The notes under the pieces: model-generated | What the model was told of the DNA's origin: nothing | Databases searched by the model: none | Seen by the model: only the letters and a program-made list of their open reading frames with translations | Translations under genes and position numbers: made by a program | NCBI GenBank assembly: GCA_008632985.1 | Contig: QPGO01000077.1 | Span: 62,001 to 126,000 of the forward strand | Length of the DNA stretch: 64,000 nt | Origin: Psammoneis japonica | Lineage: Eukaryota | Direction of reading: 5' to 3' | Shown: piece after piece, positions 59,440 through 64,000 of the stretch | How positions within the stretch are numbered: the first letter of the stretch is position 1 | Layout of the letters: each line of letters begins with the position of its first letter

Positions 59440-62400
59440 CACACCCATTGTTGAATGGAGAAAAGAAAGCATTAAACGAGCAAGCAAACTTGAATGCGAT
59501 GATGCATCATGAAACTTACATCCTGCTTGTTGTTGTTGCATCTGTTGCACACCTCAAACCTGCATTTGCTGCAAACGCCTCACTGATGCCAGGGTGCGTT
59601 TCCCCATCTGAGCTGAGAATGACCCTCCGCACATGCCTGTTTGAGTTGTGTGAACGGCGGCACGACTGATGCAAACCTCATTGCTGTGACCGGACATTGC
59701 TCCTTGTCAGTGCTTTTGAAGTGGTCATCATCAATCTCAGAAGGAGGCATTGGTGGTGTTGGCATTGGCGGCATTTTCTTGTGCTGCAGATTCTGTGGTG
59801 CTGCAGGGAGACCATTTGTGCAGGGTGTGTTTGCAGCAGTGCTTGCTTCCTTTGTGTCTTCCCTGCCTGTGGTGGCAACGACAGCACCCTCCTGAGCCTC
59901 CACCTTCTTGGTGTGGTCAAGGCACTTCTGGACACATGATTGTGGGAATGGAATTGACACACAGACAGGGGGCCATGTCAATGAAAGACAAACACGTCTT
60001 TTGCTCTTTGCACCCATTCTTTGCACTCTGAGGACATCTTCAGCACTGCTTGCATTCACCCTCTCTTCCCCAGGCTTTGTGAGAGCACAGACTCCTTGGG
60101 AAGATTTGTTGGGGAGACAAAGTTTTCTCATGGGATTCCTGCTTCTCTGATGATCATCAGAGGCAGGTTCCATGTGGGTTTTGCATTGGTCCGGTGGGTT
60201 TTTGTTCCTTAAATGCAGGATGGCCCACATTCAATGCAACAAACCTGCACTCATTTTCATGCAACCCTGGCTGACTCCCACAGTGCCCGCATGACTCCTG
60301 CAGCATGGCAAAATTTAATTGATGCTTCCTGCACATGATTTGTCTCATTCTGCAGGAAACACATGCATTCTTCCAAATTCTCCCAGTGGCCCTCATTCTC
60401 CCCACATGTTCTCCACACAAATGTGATGTGCAAATCACCAGAGCTCTTTTCAGGTGATGCTGTTCATTTTTGTGCCAATTCTTGCCACCTCTTTTTTCCC
60501 ATTTTTCAACAAGTCGGTCGTCGGGCACCAAATCTTGTGTAGAAATGCCGACACTCACAGCAAATGGATGGTGGTCTCATGTCAAGTGGGAGACCTCATT
60601 CAAACCTCGAAGAAATGAAACAATGGAAAGATCACTGCATGCAACAGAGAGCTTGATTTGCCAGTGAGCAAGGGAGGGTTCATTCTTCTTTGACTGGGAG
60701 ACAAGAAACAGGAGTGCTTGATGATGATTTGATGAGTTGGTCATCAGGAAAGACATTTTTCACATGCAGAAGCCACACCAGATCTTGCACAGAAATGCCA
60801 TTGCACGCAGCAAATGGATGGTGGTCACTTGTTGCCGAAGGGAGGCTTGCACTCACACTCATCTGCATCACAACAGAAGCAGCACTTTCACCACAAGCAG
60901 TGAAGGACTTGATTGGCTGATGGGAGCAAAGAGAGTTGTTGGAAATGGAAGAGCATGGGAATGAGAAGCTCGGAGACTTGACAAAACATTCGTTGGTGGG
61001 GTTTGCAGAAGCACATGGAATTTGCACTGAAATCCATGTAGAAAATTTCTTGGATCTGCAGAAAGTGATGAAAAGAATCAATGTGCATGCGACCCACAAG
61101 AAGTCGATGCCAATCGTTTTCCACTTGGCAACATTGCTCAACATGCTGAAATGAAGGCACACACCATTGACAGAAAGGGCCAGCATGGTCGTGGGAGACC
61201 CAGCAAAATGCCGTCTGAGAAGGGCGACATCAGTGCGAGAGCGCACGTAGAAACACACACAGGGTTTCTTGGTGGGTGGCTGCCGCAGAATTGTTTTCAA
61301 TGGCTTTTCAGACACTGCTGCCATGGTTGATCCCATTGCCCCCATTTCTGCAGGGGGTGCAGTGATGTCAGTGGATGCACCCTTCAATGATTTTGTCAAG
61401 GTGTGCCCCATGTTCTCTCCTCACCACTTTGGGTGCACAGCTGCCAGGTCCTGCTTTTTGGGCTTGCAAGCCAGAGAAAGTGTGCTGCCAGGGTTCATCC
61501 CATGACTCCCACCTTTGCAGGGGGTGCAGCTGTTAAAAGATCCCTCATTGTTTGTGTGGATGATCATCATGATGCATCATCCCACTGTTTTGGAGATGGC
61601 ATCAATGTTGGAGGCTTTTCCCCCACAGACCCCTTCACAGGAGGCTCTGCCATGGTTCGCCCCACATCCCCTCTCTTTCTTTGGGATGGATCTGCTCTGT
61701 TCACCCCATCCATCCCCTGCAATCCTGCTGTGTCTTTGCCTCCTGATGCTGCTGTGACCTCTGAAGGAGCACTGTCTCTCCACCCCATGCCGCCCCTTGC
61801 AAATCTGTCGCTGTCCAGGTGACACCTCCTCAACCACCCACTCCACTCCTTCTTTTGTTCTGCTGACTCATCAATTGGCTTGCCTGTGACAAATCCCAGC
61901 ATGAACAACCCATTTTGTGTGCTGCAGCCTGGAACTTCCCAATGGTGCCACAAAATCTCCTCTTGTGGTTCCTCCAAAGCCATCAACCATCCCCCTGGCC
62001 AGTGCCCACCCAGTGGAGGAGAGGACCCAAGCCAATGGGGATGGTGTGCAAAGACCCCAAAGAGTCACATTGGAAGAATGTTTCCTCATTTTGCGTGCTG
62101 GGTTGGGCCAGCCACAAACATTAGATGCACAACACGTGCACTCTCTTTGTGCTGCCCAATCTTGACAGGGGTCAGGCATCCATTTGCACTGACAGGAAGC
62201 ATTGTCATTGCATGATGGCACACTTGGACATTCACAGGGGTGTTGTCAACTTTTGTTGCAATGCCAACATCTTGTTTGATGTGTGTCTTTCAAGCAAGAA
62301 TCACCACAATGCTGGCCTTCATGTTGTCAATGAGGGCCACCCCATCATCCTGGATCAATTTGATTTTAAGGCTTTGTCCAAGAAAGCAGACAAAACTCCC

Positions 62401-64000
62401 ACTGATTCTTTTTCCTCTGCTGGCAGCTGTCAACAGTCTCTGGGCATGGACAAGGACTGTGGCAGCACTTCCAGTTGATGCACAGGAAGGGGAAGAATTC
62501 CTGCAGTGGTGTGTCCATTGGTGCTGTCTGCCCAGTGGATGATCCCGTTGTGCTTTCTGCATTTGTTGGAGTTTCCAACTGCATCAAGCAAGTGCAAGAC
62601 ATCCCTTGGTTTTCTCCAGGAGAAGTTTTGTTTCACCACAATGACCCATCTGACATCAACACTGAGAAAGGCAATGAAGTGGCTCCTGGCTGCTGTGTTC
62701 TGTCCCTGCATGCAGCCAACACTGACCTTCCCCATCCCTTGGACTGCCACTTTGACAACACAATGGCCTCAAGAAAACAAAAAAGTGTTGTCTCTCTTTC
62801 TGGATGCACACACAATGAACATGATCAACGGGTGTCAGTTGAAAGCATTCACTCACCTTGTGTGGATGCTGTCTGGTCTGTTTGCAACTCTTTGCACCAG
62901 AGTCTTGCAAATCTGTTGGTGGTTTGGATCATGTGAGAAGCAGTGTGGTGGTTGACAATTGCACCCCTCTTTTTGATGCAGTCAAGATGAAGTGCAAAAT
63001 TGATTCCTTTGGGCATCTGCTGTTGCTGATCAATGCCTTCAATGAATTGACACAAATGCACTCACAGAATGTTGATTCAAGTGGCTGTGCACCATTCTTG
63101 GCATGGAAAGGACAAGCAAGGTGAGGAAAAACCTGGAGCAAAAAAGAGCAGCAATCAGGTCATGGGATGTTGCAGAGGGACAAAACAGAGATGATGTTGT
63201 GTAAAATGTTCTTTGCACAACAGTGGACACCAGAGCACATTGTTGAATGTCATTGATTTTGTGGACACAGCGCATGCTTTTTGGTGCTGAGGACCAGCAC
63301 AAAAACTTCATGGTGTGGGGGAAGGGCAGACGGCTCCAAAGGTTGGAGCATGTTGCAACAGACACATGCATGACTGACAGATGATCATTTGAACTTGCCA
63401 AATCTTTGGACGCTTTCAACCAGTCAGAATTTGTGCCAGAAATTTGAACAAAGGGTGTGAACAATGTCAGAATGCATTGGAACAGGTGTGAGTGGGGCAG
63501 GCATGTCAGTGTGCCATTGTTGAGCCTGGCACTTGATTTGCAATGCACCCCATGGACAAATGTCACTTTTTCATGAAAGAGTCAAAATGCACACAGCACC
63601 ATGCCAAGCCAATTAGCAGGGAATGCACCATTCCAAAGCCCACATTGAAATGAGGCAAGAGACAACTGAGTGAGATGCAAAGTGATTGCACTCAACTCAC
63701 CACAGTTGTGGCTTGTTGTGGATGGAGCAGGGACAAGACATGTTGTCTTTGATGCAGAACAATGCAGAAAACAATGCCAAGATGCCATCTCTGGAGGGAA
63801 TGCCAGAGAGGGAGGAACAACATGATGGGCCAAAGCTGCCTCACCATGCACTTCCTTCCAATCATGGTGGGAAAGACAATGCAAAAGCATTGTTTCAAAT
63901 CAAGACATTGCCTGATCAAGTTGGCATCATCTGTGAGCAACAAGGCATTTGGCCTGTTGGTTTTGGAGAACAGTTGGAGGACACACATGCACGGCAAAAC
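59440..64000. other. TA/CG-depleted decayed repeat or transposon sequence, class not identified
   Basis: Same compositional signature as the identified elements. Short internal duplication at ~60527 and ~60777. No recognisable domain. Confidence 0.5.

Noticed and set aside
42500..64000. Dense overlapping Cys/His-rich ORFs in all six frames
   Set aside because: These are a by-product of TpA loss. TAA/TAG stops and Tyr codons are erased, inflating ORF length and C/H content. They are not genes or metal-binding proteins.
1..64000. Classical fungal RIP, or an alternative genetic code, as the explanation of the repeat composition
   Set aside because: RIP raises TpA, whereas here it is lost. Neighbouring genes use Tyr and TAA/TAG normally.

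Overview
This window is eukaryotic nuclear DNA, most likely from a pennate diatom. The evidence is short GT-AG introns, a bipartite plastid-targeting 'SAF' motif and diatom-type Copia elements. Gene-dense blocks hold an SQD2-like glycosyltransferase, two tandem paralogues, a SET-like repeat protein, DPH2, a DUF2214 protein, a GT25, an alpha-kinase, a deaminase-2OG dioxygenase fusion, an S10 carboxypeptidase, a Ctr copper transporter and a CHRD protein. These alternate with large repeat blocks: a Copia fragment, a Ginger-like integrase/Ulp1/RING element with a nested MITE, a ~182-bp satellite, and a full-length 9.4-kb Copia with LTRs and a 5-bp TSD. The most striking signal is that the repeat blocks have lost almost all TpA dinucleotides. 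TA was converted to TG or CA, so conserved Tyr codons now read Cys or His. This occurs in addition to ordinary CpG decay and is partly independent of it. It resembles a repeat-targeted A:T->G:C hypermutation running opposite to fungal RIP. All calls are by eye; no database searches or dinucleotide counts were run.
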